DNA of 64,000 nt from Candidatus Woesebacteria bacterium (GTDB taxonomy: Bacteria; Patescibacteriota; Microgenomatia; UBA1400; UBA1396): positions 1,380 through 65,379 of the forward strand of contig CAVVNJ010000009.1 in assembly GCA_963749595.1 (NCBI GenBank), written 5' to 3'. Of this stretch, positions 26,154 to 34,949 are shown piece after piece. The translations under genes and the position numbers were made by a program. Under the pieces are notes generated by a model. It was not told the origin of the DNA. It saw only the letters and a program-made list of their open reading frames with translations, and did no database searches. The stretch's first letter is position 1. Each line of letters opens with the position of its first letter.

Positions 26154-26155
26154 TT

Positions 26156-27781
26156 ATGCCAGCTAAACAAATTATTTTTGACGACCAAGCCCAGCAAAAA
26201 CTGGTCATTGGTGTCACCAAACTCGCTAACGCCGTCGTGGCCACTCTCGGTCCGCGCGGTGCTAACGTCGCTATCGACAAATCCTGGGGCGCCCCCACCG
26301 TCTTGCACGACGGCGTGTCCGTCGCCAAGGAAATCACCCTGGAAGACCCGTTTGAAAACATGGGCGCCCAGCTGGTGAAGGAAGCTGCTTCCAAGACTAA
26401 TGACGTAGCCGGCGACGGTACTACCACTGCCACCTTATTGGCTCAACAGCTCGTGGTTAAGGGCATGCGTAACATCACGGCCGGGGCCAACCCTATCGTC
26501 ATGCGCCGCGGCATGGATTTGGCGGTAAAGGCCGTAATCGCCGAGATTGAGAAATTGTCCAAGAAGGTCAAAGAGGAAGAATGGGTCAAAGTTGCCACCA
26601 TTTCTGCCCAGAACGAGTTGGTTGGTCAGAAAATCGCCGAAGCGCTGAAGCTGGTTGGGAAGAACGGTATTGTCGAGGTCGAAGAAGGCAAGACCATGGA
26701 CATCACCATCAAGCACACCGAGGGTATGGAGTTCGACAAGGGTTTTGCTTCCCCATACTTCGTGACTGACACCGAGCACATGGAGTCCGTGATCGAGGAT
26801 CCGTACATTCTGATCACTGATCAAAAGATTTCCAACGTGCAGGAATTGGTGCCTTTCTTGGAAAAGGTGATGCGCGTCTCCAAGAATCTGGTTCTGATCG
26901 CTGATGACATCGACGGCGAAGCATTGGCGACCCTGATCGTCAACAAACTCCGGGGGGTGTTTAACATCCTGGCCGTCAAAGCGCCTGGTTTCGGCGATCG
27001 CCGCAAGGCGATGTTGGAAGACATTGCTGTTCTGACTGGCGGTACCGTTATTAGCAACGATATCGGTCGTAAGTTGGACTCGGCAGAGTTGGAAGACTGT
27101 GGTCGATCCGGTTCGGTCCGAGCGACTAAAGACAGCACGCGGATTGTCAGCGGTGCCGGCAAGAAAGTCGATATCGACGCCCGTGTGGCTCAACTGCAAC
27201 GCCAAATCGAGCAGACCACGTCCGAATTTGACCGCGAGAAACTCGAGGAGCGCAAAGCCAAACTGTCGTCCGGCGTGGCCGTGATCCAGGTTGGCGCCGC
27301 CACCGAGGTCGAACTCAAGGAACTGCAGGAGCGCGTCAAGGACGCCAAGGAAGCCACCAAGGCGGCCATTGAAGAGGGAGTGATCCCCGGCGGCGGCGTG
27401 ACCTATTTGCAGGCGGCCAAAGTTTTGGACAAGATGACCGAGAGTGGGGACGTCCTGACCGGCATCAAGCTGGTCCGCGAAGCTCTGGAAATGCCGGTGC
27501 GCATTTTGGCCGACAACTCCGGCGCCGATGGCGGCTGGGTTGCCAGGACCATCATGGGCCAGAAGAGCGCCTCATTCGGCTTCAACGCCCAGACGCTGGA
27601 ATTCGGCAACCTGCTCGAGCAGGGCGTCATTGATCCGGCCAAGGTTGCCAAGCACGCGCTCATCAACGCGGCTTCGGTCGCCGGCAGCATCTTGACGACC
27701 CGCGTTTTGGTCACGGACATTAAAGAAGATAAGAAATCCATGCCATCCCCAGATATGGGCGGCATGGGCGGAATGATGTAG
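26156..27781 (+). CDS. groL: chaperonin GroEL
   Basis: AGDGTTTATLLA motif and a GGM C-terminal repeat. Confidence 0.97.
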   Translation: MPAKQIIFDDQAQQKLVIGVTKLANAVVATLGPRGANVAIDKSWGAPTVLHDGVSVAKEITLEDPFENMGAQLVKEAASKTNDVAGDGTTTATLLAQQLVVKGMRNITAGANPIVMRRGMDLAVKAVIAEIEKLSKKVKEEEWVKVATISAQNELVGQKIAEALKLVGKNGIVEVEEGKTMDITIKHTEGMEFDKGFASPYFVTDTEHMESVIEDPYILITDQKISNVQELVPFLEKVMRVSKNLVLIADDIDGEALATLIVNKLRGVFNILAVKAPGFGDRRKAMLEDIAVLTGGTVISNDIGRKLDSAELEDCGRSGSVRATKDSTRIVSGAGKKVDIDARVAQLQRQIEQTTSEFDREKLEERKAKLSSGVAVIQVGAATEVELKELQERVKDAKEATKAAIEEGVIPGGGVTYLQAAKVLDKMTESGDVLTGIKLVREALEMPVRILADNSGADGGWVARTIMGQKSASFGFNAQTLEFGNLLEQGVIDPAKVAKHALINAASVAGSILTTRVLVTDIKEDKKSMPSPDMGGMGGMM

Positions 27782-27818
27782 GGGTGACCTCACCCCTGGA
27801 GGGTCAGACCTTCCTCAA

Positions 27819-27841
27819 GGGGCCGGGTAACCGGCCCCTTT
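27819..27841 (+). terminator. terminator after groEL
   Basis: GGGGCCGG-gtaa-CCGGCCCC followed by TTT. Confidence 0.6.
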
Positions 27842-27849
27842 GGTATAAT
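27841..27849 (+). promoter_or_regulatory. extended -10 promoter (TGgTATAAT), 8 nt before the ATG at 27858
   Basis: Sequence match. Confidence 0.5.
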
Positions 27850-27857
27850 CCCGACCT

Positions 27858-28367
27858 ATGCCTAACTGGAAAGAAATTGCTTGCGAGTACGAGCGGCAGC
27901 AGCGGGATATTGTTCGATTCGATTCCTCGTATCTAGACCTCTGGTCGGCCAGAAACCCAATTGAAATGGTCGAACAACACCTTGCCCAGGGGTTGCTGGT
28001 TGTGGCACTCTGCCAGCATGGAATCGGACGAAGTCGCGGTGTGGTCCAAGAAATTCGCAGATTGGTACCTACAGCTTTCTTATTGGAGGGAGTTAGCGCC
28101 GCGGAAGATTTTCCTAAAAAAAAGGTCGATCAAGTGGCGGCCGCACTTTCACTCTTGCCCTATATTCTGTTTACCTTTGGCCCCGAGTCAAAGGACCGTT
28201 ATTTTTTTGCCGATGAAAAGCGGCTAGTCCAGATCGTGAGTCAAGCCCTGGGAGATAATTTCATCTATTTGTCGCCGAATCATGGCTCGCGGACCGATTC
28301 CGAAGATATTTATCGCCGCGCCAAAGATTGGGCGTTGGATTTTGTGAACGGCGAAGGCGTGCGTTAA
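27858..28367 (+). CDS. hypothetical protein with a CX5R phosphatase-like P-loop
   Basis: LCQHGIGRSRG matches the C-X5-R-(S/T) tyrosine/dual-specificity phosphatase signature. Confidence 0.55.
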   Translation: MPNWKEIACEYERQQRDIVRFDSSYLDLWSARNPIEMVEQHLAQGLLVVALCQHGIGRSRGVVQEIRRLVPTAFLLEGVSAAEDFPKKKVDQVAAALSLLPYILFTFGPESKDRYFFADEKRLVQIVSQALGDNFIYLSPNHGSRTDSEDIYRRAKDWALDFVNGEGVR

Positions 28368-28382
28368 CTTATCGGTCTTTTC

Positions 28383-28391
28383 TGTTATAAT
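28383..28391 (+). promoter_or_regulatory. extended -10 promoter (TGtTATAAT), 6 nt before the micro-ORF ATG
   Basis: Sequence match. Confidence 0.45.
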
Positions 28392-28397
28392 CAACCC

Positions 28398-28472
28398 ATG
28401 ATGAAACGAAGCAACTTCGCTTTTGCTTGGCATTATTTTACTGCTTCTTGCGGAGGGTTTCGTCGGATCTAA
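28398..28472 (+). CDS. 24-aa micro-ORF (MMKRSNFAFAWHYFTASCGGFRRI), leaderless geometry; alternatively part of a small RNA or leader
   Basis: Bounded by its own -10 element and a strong terminator. Confidence 0.3.
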   Translation: MMKRSNFAFAWHYFTASCGGFRRI

Positions 28473-28497
28473 ATAATTAAAAAGAACTGCGAACACA

Positions 28498-28520
28498 CCC
28501 CTCCGCCAGGAGGGGTTTTT
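28498..28520 (+). terminator. rho-independent terminator
   Basis: CCCCTCC-gcca-GGAGGGG followed by TTTTT. Confidence 0.75.
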
Positions 28521-28539
28521 CGTGGATCGGAAAGGTTTT

Positions 28540-29256
28540 ATGAATAACAATAATCGTCGACTAACCGTTGGCATTTTGGGTGGCATGGGTGCCCGGGCCA
28601 GCGTGCGCTTCTACGACGAAGTAATTCGGATTTGTACCGAGGAAATGGACGTGGTCGCCAATGAAGATTTTCCGCGGTTGCTAATCGCGAATTTACCGCT
28701 ACCAGATATTATTGGCAGTTCGGATTTGCGGGACAGGGCTGGTCGCATGATTGCCCAGGAGGGACAGAATCTGCAAAAGGCTGGAGCGGAGTGTCTAATT
28801 ATGGCTTGTAACACGGCCCATCTTTGTTTTTCCGAACTACAGGCCGGTGTTTCCATTCCGGTGCTAAATCTGATTGAAGAGACTGTCCAGGCTCTACCTC
28901 CAAGTGCTAAGCGAATTGGCATTTTGGCTACTCCAACCACGATTCAAACCAGTTTGTACCAGGAGGCCTTGGAACGATCGGGTCGGGAATTCATTCTACC
29001 GCTCGAAACAGAGTCGGAAATTTTGGCGGAGATAATCCGGTCGATCATTGCCGGTAAGGACGGTTTAGAAGAAAAGCGGAAGCTGCTGTCCATAGTTAAT
29101 CGCCAAATCGCCGCCGGAGCGGAAGTGATTGTTCTGGGGTGCACCGAATTGGGTCTAGCTATTGGTCAGACCGATGTTGGTATTCCGCTGGTCGATTCGG
29201 TTGTTGCCGGAGCCAGGAAGGTAGCTCGTCTGGGTCTGGGCAAGATCATCGACTAA
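28540..29256 (+). CDS. aspartate/glutamate racemase family protein
   Basis: GILGGMG, ACNTAH and GCTEL catalytic-Cys motifs. ATG at 28540 follows GGAAAGG. Confidence 0.8.
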   Translation: MNNNNRRLTVGILGGMGARASVRFYDEVIRICTEEMDVVANEDFPRLLIANLPLPDIIGSSDLRDRAGRMIAQEGQNLQKAGAECLIMACNTAHLCFSELQAGVSIPVLNLIEETVQALPPSAKRIGILATPTTIQTSLYQEALERSGREFILPLETESEILAEIIRSIIAGKDGLEEKRKLLSIVNRQIAAGAEVIVLGCTELGLAIGQTDVGIPLVDSVVAGARKVARLGLGKIID

Positions 29257-29346
29257 CCGGAAAGAGAAATATCTCTCCCATTAACCATGGCAAAAAGGCA
29301 TGGAAAATGAAGTGCTATGATGATGTCAACTTCGAAGGGAGAAGCG

Positions 29347-29721
29347 ATGTCTCGATTTCGTCGGCGGAAAAAAGAAGTACAAGTTGTTCAGCCTACAGAA
29401 TCAAAGTCGATTACCGACCCTAAGCTAATCTGGCTTTTCCTGGAAGAAGAATTTATTCCTCTGATTGTTCAACATTATTCCGATTCAAGCCAAATCAACT
29501 ACGCACTTTTTCAGTTACGGTGGAAAGAATTTTGTGCCAAACATGGGATAGCTGCTCGGGCCGATCATGTGGCGATTTATGAAGCGCTATATAGCGAGTT
29601 ACAGCATCCTAATGAAGCACGAGAGAGTCTGGAGATATTGGCGCGGGCTCAGGCGGTTTACCATCGCATAACGACTGAAAGGGTGATCGAGCTGGGTCTA
29701 ATGTCTCCCAAGCCACGATAA
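29347..29721 (+). CDS. uncharacterised paralog family protein A
   Basis: Basic N-terminus MSRFRRRKKE, then the WLFLEEEFIPLI motif shared with the next three genes. Confidence 0.65.
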   Translation: MSRFRRRKKEVQVVQPTESKSITDPKLIWLFLEEEFIPLIVQHYSDSSQINYALFQLRWKEFCAKHGIAARADHVAIYEALYSELQHPNEARESLEILARAQAVYHRITTERVIELGLMSPKPR

Positions 29722-29734
29722 TGAAAGGAAAAAA

Positions 29735-30376
29735 ATGTTTCATCGAAAGAAAAAAGAGGCGGCTCTAATCCAACCGGAAAAAAGTGAATATTCTCCCGCC
29801 AGGATTTTTCTTGAGGAAGTATTTTTCCCTTTAGTAGAACGCAATCCCAGTGGGATCTCTTTCCAACTCTTACAGATCCGTTTGGAACAATTTTCCCAAA
29901 AGGAAGGTTTGGCTGAACCGCTGGCGACCGGTCAGATTACTGACGAGCTATCTTATTTACTACTACACCCCAACGAAGGTCATCCTAGTTTGGCATTGAA
30001 GCTGTTGCGAGTTAATGCCGCCGTCGTTTGGTCACGTTTACTAATTGAGGCCATCGTGCAGGCTGTCGACCAGACCGAATTTCAAGCTCTATCAACGGCA
30101 ACGACAGCCCAAATTTTCATCAAGGACTGGTTGCTGCCAATGATCGAAAGACATAGAGACGATCTTAGTGTCGTTACGCATCGACTTCTGGAATCAAAGT
30201 TAAATTATTTTTCCAAACTCAATCCGATGGTCGACTGGAATGATGTAGTGCGGGAACTAACCAAGCTAATGGCCGATCCCAACAATCTTGAATTGAATCG
30301 TGAAGACTTGTTTCTGGCCAGAAGGGTAGTTCGGCGGGCAATACGAAATATAAAACTCAACGGTTCTAACCGATGA
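29735..30376 (+). CDS. uncharacterised paralog family protein B (two domain copies)
   Basis: RIFLEEVFFPLV and QIFIKDWLLPMI repeats. Confidence 0.65.
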   Translation: MFHRKKKEAALIQPEKSEYSPARIFLEEVFFPLVERNPSGISFQLLQIRLEQFSQKEGLAEPLATGQITDELSYLLLHPNEGHPSLALKLLRVNAAVVWSRLLIEAIVQAVDQTEFQALSTATTAQIFIKDWLLPMIERHRDDLSVVTHRLLESKLNYFSKLNPMVDWNDVVRELTKLMADPNNLELNREDLFLARRVVRRAIRNIKLNGSNR

Positions 30377-30385
30377 AAGGATAAG

Positions 30386-30769
30386 ATGAAGCGCTTATTT
30401 AGAAGAGAGAATAAAGCTCCGCTTGAATCAGAGTCAACCCAAGCTAACCCAAGCTGGTTATTCATTGAGCAGAAACTGATTCCCCTGACTAGGCAGTTTT
30501 GGGACGAACCGGAATATCTTGACCGCGAGTTTGTAGAATCTTTACTAGATGATTTTTCATTGCTAAATCGTCTAGTGCCACCCTTGACTTTATCCGAGTT
30601 ATCCCAAGAAATTGCCGCTCGTTTTTCTGCCAAATATCAGGAAGTCGGTTTGGAATTACTGACGCGAGTGATGACGATTATCTTTGATCTGGATCCAAAC
30701 CCGCCTAAGTTTGACGCTAAACCGGTTGACGGTATATCTGGATTCTACGAAATCTCGGTTACCCGCTGA
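30386..30769 (+). CDS. uncharacterised paralog family protein C
   Basis: WLFIEQKLIPLT motif. Confidence 0.65.
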   Translation: MKRLFRRENKAPLESESTQANPSWLFIEQKLIPLTRQFWDEPEYLDREFVESLLDDFSLLNRLVPPLTLSELSQEIAARFSAKYQEVGLELLTRVMTIIFDLDPNPPKFDAKPVDGISGFYEISVTR

Positions 30770-30853
30770 GGAATCATTCCTACTCAACCTCACCCCAAGA
30801 GGAATGATTCCAGATTGATTCCTCCAGGCGTGGAGTGAGGTAGGAATGATTCC
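30770..30853. repeat. three GGAAT[C/G]ATTCC palindromes plus a half site; the outer copies form a 14+6-bp inverted repeat
   Basis: Palindromes at 30770-30780, 30801-30811 and 30843-30853. GGAATCATTCCTAC pairs with GTAGGAATGATTCC. Confidence 0.7.
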
Positions 30854-30900
30854 ACCTCTGGTATGATATGATACCTTCTGTTACTAAACGAAAGGGTTGT

Positions 30901-31248
30901 ATGACTAGGCCTTTGGAACACGTAGTAAATACCGAATTATCGGCGACTAATTTAGTTCGGAAATTCATTCAAGAAGAATTGCTTCCGGCATTCGAGGCGA
31001 GCTGGGATCATCCCAATATCGTCCGTTATACTGCCATTAATCAACTTCTGACAGATTTTTGTAAACAAAACAATGTCCGTCCCCCGATTGCTTTGGAGCA
31101 AGTGGCAGCCGAGATTTCCCGCCTAATGGCAGTCCCGAGCGCTTTACCGAAAGAGTTGAAGCTGAAGTCTATGATCCACGCCGAGCTCGAGCTGAAGCGA
31201 ATTGTTGCGATCCTTGCCCGCCGCAGTCGCGATAACCGTTTTCGCTAG
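30901..31248 (+). CDS. uncharacterised paralog family protein D
   Basis: KFIQEELLPAF motif; RBS AAAGGG. Confidence 0.6.
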   Translation: MTRPLEHVVNTELSATNLVRKFIQEELLPAFEASWDHPNIVRYTAINQLLTDFCKQNNVRPPIALEQVAAEISRLMAVPSALPKELKLKSMIHAELELKRIVAILARRSRDNRFR

Positions 31249-31279
31249 AGCTTTTTGGCGGGTTAGTGGAAAAGACCTC

Positions 31280-31308
31280 TTGCAATCTGGTTAAGACCGC
31301 TGTAAAAT
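31280..31308 (+). promoter_or_regulatory. sigma70-type promoter upstream of rpoB
   Basis: TTGCAA, 17-nt spacer, TAAAAT. Confidence 0.6.
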
Positions 31309-31390
31309 GATCGGTCTAGACAAATCCGATAAAAACCGTTTCCGGAGAAACTTTGTCCAAAACCGCAATTGCTTAACGATTGTAAACTTT

Positions 31391-31419
31391 GAAAGCCCCC
31401 TCGGGCGGCTTTCTTTTTT
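31391..31419 (+). terminator. rho-independent terminator/attenuator in the rpoB leader
   Basis: GAAAGCCCCC-tc-GGGcGGCTTTC followed by TTTTTT. Confidence 0.7.
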
Positions 31420-31519
31420 GGTGCGAACAGAGGAAACGGCGAGGAAGTCTTAGGAAAAACCAATCAAGAGACGGAACGATCGTGCCAAGATCGGGCTGTC
31501 CCTAACAAGGACAAAGTTT

Positions 31520-34500
31520 ATGAAGCAAGGACGCCTGTACTGGGGAAATAATGAAACCGTGTTGCCGCCGATTGATTTGACGGCCGTGCAGCGGGAGTCC
31601 TACGACGAATTTTTGCAGAAGGGTATTCAAGAATCATTTGCCGAAATCAATGAAAACGGCGGGATTCTGGATTTTACCGGCAAAAACTGGAAGTTGGAGT
31701 TTGGCGCCCATCACCTGAGTGGCCCACGAGTTCAGCCTGAGGAAGCGCGAGAAAAAGGTTTGACCTATGACTCCGCACTTCGCGTTGAAGTCACGCTCAC
31801 CAACCTGCGTACCGGTGCCATTAACGTTCAAGAAGTTTTCATGGGCGAAGTTCCGCTCATGACCGAAAACGGTACTTTCGTCATTAATGGCGTTGATCGG
31901 GCTGTCGTCAACCAATTGGTTCGTTCCCCTGGTATTTTCTTCTCTGGTGAAGAGGACGCCCGTTCCGGTCGTTTGCTCTACCGCGGTGAACTTCGCCCTC
32001 TGCGCGGTTCCTGGCTGGAGATCAGCGTTGGCCGTCGCAATGTCTTGACCGTCAAGATCGACCGTCACCGCAAGATTGCCGGCACGGTTCTATTGCGGGC
32101 CATTGGCTACGGTTCTGATGAACAGCTGCTTGAGCTTTTTTCCGAGATTGAAACCCCGGAGAACTCCTACATTGCCGCTACGATCGAAAAAGATCCGACC
32201 AAGTCCCAAACCGAAGCCTTAATTGAGCTTTACGAAAAGATTCGCCCAGGTGAACCGGCGGTTTTGGAAAGTGCTCAAGAATTACTGACCGAGATGTTCT
32301 TTAATCCTCGCCGTTACGATTTGGGCAAGGTGGGCCGTTATAAAGTCAACCGCCGTTTGGGATTGAAAGTGGAGAACCACAAGCGTAATCATGTCCTGAC
32401 CAATGAAGACATCATCGCCGCTTTCAAATACTTGATCAAACTACAGAACGGTCAAGGAAAAGTCGATGATATTGACCACCTGTCCAACCGTCGCGTTCGC
32501 CGGGTTGGTGAGCTGGTTAATACCGTTGCTTTCCGAGTTGGACTTCTCCGTTTAGAGCGATCTATCCGTGAAAAGATGTCTTTGACCAAAACCGACGAGG
32601 AACTGACTCCGGCTTCTCTGATCAATGCCCGGCCGTTAATCGCGACCATCTCGGAATTCTTCCGTCGCAATCGTTTGTCCACCATTCTAGAACAAACCAA
32701 CCCCTTGTCCGAAGTCGACAACCTGCGCCGTCTGTCGGTGATGGGTACCGGTGGCGTGACCCGTGAGCGGGCTTCGTTCTCCATGCGCGACATTAATGCC
32801 TCGCAGTATTCTCGGATTGATCCGGTCCGCTCTCCGGAAGGTCCGAACATCGGTTTGGTGACCTACATGGCTCTTTTTGCCCGGGTTAACGAATTCGGTT
32901 TCCTGGAAGCTCCTTACCGCAAGGTGGAAAAAGTGGAAAGCAAAAAAGGCGTCAAGATGCGCGTCACCGACGAGATTGTTTATCTCCAGGCTGACGACGA
33001 GGAAGAACTGTATATTACCCACGCCGGCGTTAACATTGACGCTGACGGTTTTATTGCTCAGGAGTGGATTCCGCTGCGCCACAACAACGAATTCATCGAA
33101 GGTCCGGTGGAGCAGGTGCAGTACATTGACGTTGTTCCCCGCCAGGTGGTCGGCACCTCTGCTTCTTTAATTCCCTTTGTCTCTCACGACGAGGCCAACC
33201 GGGCCCTGATGGGCTCGCACATGCAGTGTCAGGCCGTGCCTTTGCTGCGTCCGGCGGCGCCGATCATCGGCACCGGCATGGAAAGCATCATCGCCAAGGC
33301 CATGGGCCGGACGGTGGAAGCGGAATACGCTGGCGAAGTTGAGTACGTTGATGCCAGCAAGATTCTGCTGAAGCTTAATGAAAAAGATGCTGATAAAGCG
33401 AAAAAGAGGTTTGCCAGCCGTCCGCTGGAGAACGTCACCTTAATCGGCGATACCATCACCTACACCTTGAGTAAATTTGTCCGCACCAGCCAGAGCACCT
33501 GCTATTCCCAGCGGGCAGTGGTGAAGGCCGGCGATAAAGTCAAGCCAGGCGATTTATTGGTTGACGGTCCTTCCGCCGATCGCGGCGAGTTGGCGCTTGG
33601 CCAGAACTTGGTGATTGCCTACGCTTCCTTTGACGGTTTGGGTTACGAGGACGCCATCATCGTTTCCAATCGGGTTGTAAAAGACGATTTGCTGTCCTCG
33701 ATCCACATCAGCGAGCACGAGGCTCAAGTCATGGATACTAAACTTGGTCCGGAAGAGCTAACCCGCGATATTCCTAACGTTTCGGAGGCGGAACTACGCC
33801 ACTTGAACGAAGACGGTATCGTGGCCATCGGTTCGGAAGTTAAGGCCGGCGACATCTTGGTTGGTAAAATCGCGCCCAAGGGCGAGACTGAACTGAGTGC
33901 TGAAGAACGCCTGCTGCGCGCCATCTTTGGTGAAAAGGCTCGGGAAGTGCGCGACACTTCGCTGCGCATGCCTAACGGCGAAAGCGGCACGGTGATTGGC
34001 GTGATTATTCTTGATCGCGACAAAAACGACGAACTGGAATCTGGGGTCAACAAAAAGGTAATCGTTCGCGTGGCACAACTACGCAAAGTGACGGTGGGTG
34101 ACAAAGTCGCTGGCCGCCATGGTAATAAGGGCGTTATCTCCAAGATTATTCCGCTTGAGGATATGCCTCACCTGGCAGACGGTACGCCGGTTGATATTAT
34201 CATTTCCCCGCTTTCAGTCTTGGCCCGTATGAACATGGGTCAGTTGCTCGAAGCCCATCTGGGTTGGGCGGCTCAAGAACTTGGTTACCGCGTGGCGGTG
34301 CCGGTCTTTGAAGAGTTGGAAGAGAGCAAAATCTGGGATGAGTTGGAGCGCGCCGGTTTGCCCCGTAGCGGTAAAGCTCAATTATTCGATGGCCGCACTG
34401 GTGAGCCATACAGCGAGCAGACCGTGGTTGGTATCGGCTACATCTTGAAGCTGGTCCACATGGTGGAGGATAAAACCCACGCCCGTTCGACTGGTCCTTA

Positions 34501-34948
34501 CTCCTTAGTGACCCAACAACCCTTGGGCGGTAAAGCCCAAATGGGCGGTCAGCGTCTGGGAGAGATGGAAGTCTGGGCTCTGGAAGCGCACAAAGCGGCT
34601 CATACCCTGCAAGAAATGTTGACCATCAAGTCCGACGATGTGGTCGGCCGGGCTAAGGCTTTTGAAGCCATTGTGTCTGATCAACCGATTCCCGAACCGG
34701 CGGTGCCGGAATCGTTCCGGGTTTTGATGCGCGAGCTGAATTCGCTTGGGCTGAACATCGATATGCGTGAAGCTCAGACCACGGTGGAAGTCGAAGCGGC
34801 GCCAACCGAGGCCGCGGCGTTGCAACAAGAAGAAATGGAAGTCGTGCCAGACGAAGAAGCGATGGACGAAGAAGAACCGGAATCCGAGGAGTTAGAGGCG
34901 GAGGAATTTGCCGAAAACTCAGAGAATTCGACTGAGGGAGGGGTATAA
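31520..34948 (+). CDS. rpoB: DNA-directed RNA polymerase subunit beta
   Basis: Full-length family match with an acidic C-terminal tail. Confidence 0.98.
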   Translation: MKQGRLYWGNNETVLPPIDLTAVQRESYDEFLQKGIQESFAEINENGGILDFTGKNWKLEFGAHHLSGPRVQPEEAREKGLTYDSALRVEVTLTNLRTGAINVQEVFMGEVPLMTENGTFVINGVDRAVVNQLVRSPGIFFSGEEDARSGRLLYRGELRPLRGSWLEISVGRRNVLTVKIDRHRKIAGTVLLRAIGYGSDEQLLELFSEIETPENSYIAATIEKDPTKSQTEALIELYEKIRPGEPAVLESAQELLTEMFFNPRRYDLGKVGRYKVNRRLGLKVENHKRNHVLTNEDIIAAFKYLIKLQNGQGKVDDIDHLSNRRVRRVGELVNTVAFRVGLLRLERSIREKMSLTKTDEELTPASLINARPLIATISEFFRRNRLSTILEQTNPLSEVDNLRRLSVMGTGGVTRERASFSMRDINASQYSRIDPVRSPEGPNIGLVTYMALFARVNEFGFLEAPYRKVEKVESKKGVKMRVTDEIVYLQADDEEELYITHAGVNIDADGFIAQEWIPLRHNNEFIEGPVEQVQYIDVVPRQVVGTSASLIPFVSHDEANRALMGSHMQCQAVPLLRPAAPIIGTGMESIIAKAMGRTVEAEYAGEVEYVDASKILLKLNEKDADKAKKRFASRPLENVTLIGDTITYTLSKFVRTSQSTCYSQRAVVKAGDKVKPGDLLVDGPSADRGELALGQNLVIAYASFDGLGYEDAIIVSNRVVKDDLLSSIHISEHEAQVMDTKLGPEELTRDIPNVSEAELRHLNEDGIVAIGSEVKAGDILVGKIAPKGETELSAEERLLRAIFGEKAREVRDTSLRMPNGESGTVIGVIILDRDKNDELESGVNKKVIVRVAQLRKVTVGDKVAGRHGNKGVISKIIPLEDMPHLADGTPVDIIISPLSVLARMNMGQLLEAHLGWAAQELGYRVAVPVFEELEESKIWDELERAGLPRSGKAQLFDGRTGEPYSEQTVVGIGYILKLVHMVEDKTHARSTGPYSLVTQQPLGGKAQMGGQRLGEMEVWALEAHKAAHTLQEMLTIKSDDVVGRAKAFEAIVSDQPIPEPAVPESFRVLMRELNSLGLNIDMREAQTTVEVEAAPTEAAALQQEEMEVVPDEEAMDEEEPESEELEAEEFAENSENSTEGGV

Positions 34949-34949
34949 C

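Noticed and set aside
26435-27205. Long antisense ORFs inside well-supported genes. Examples: 26435..27205 in groEL, 45293..46030 in tuf, 36924..37601 and 37830..38363 in rpoC, 11867..12505 across the pilins, 6768..7301 and 7424..7969 in the giant protein.
   Set aside because: These are shadow ORFs on the opposite strand of genes with strong family signatures. Their translations are low-complexity or Arg/Gly/His-rich, with no start-site signals.
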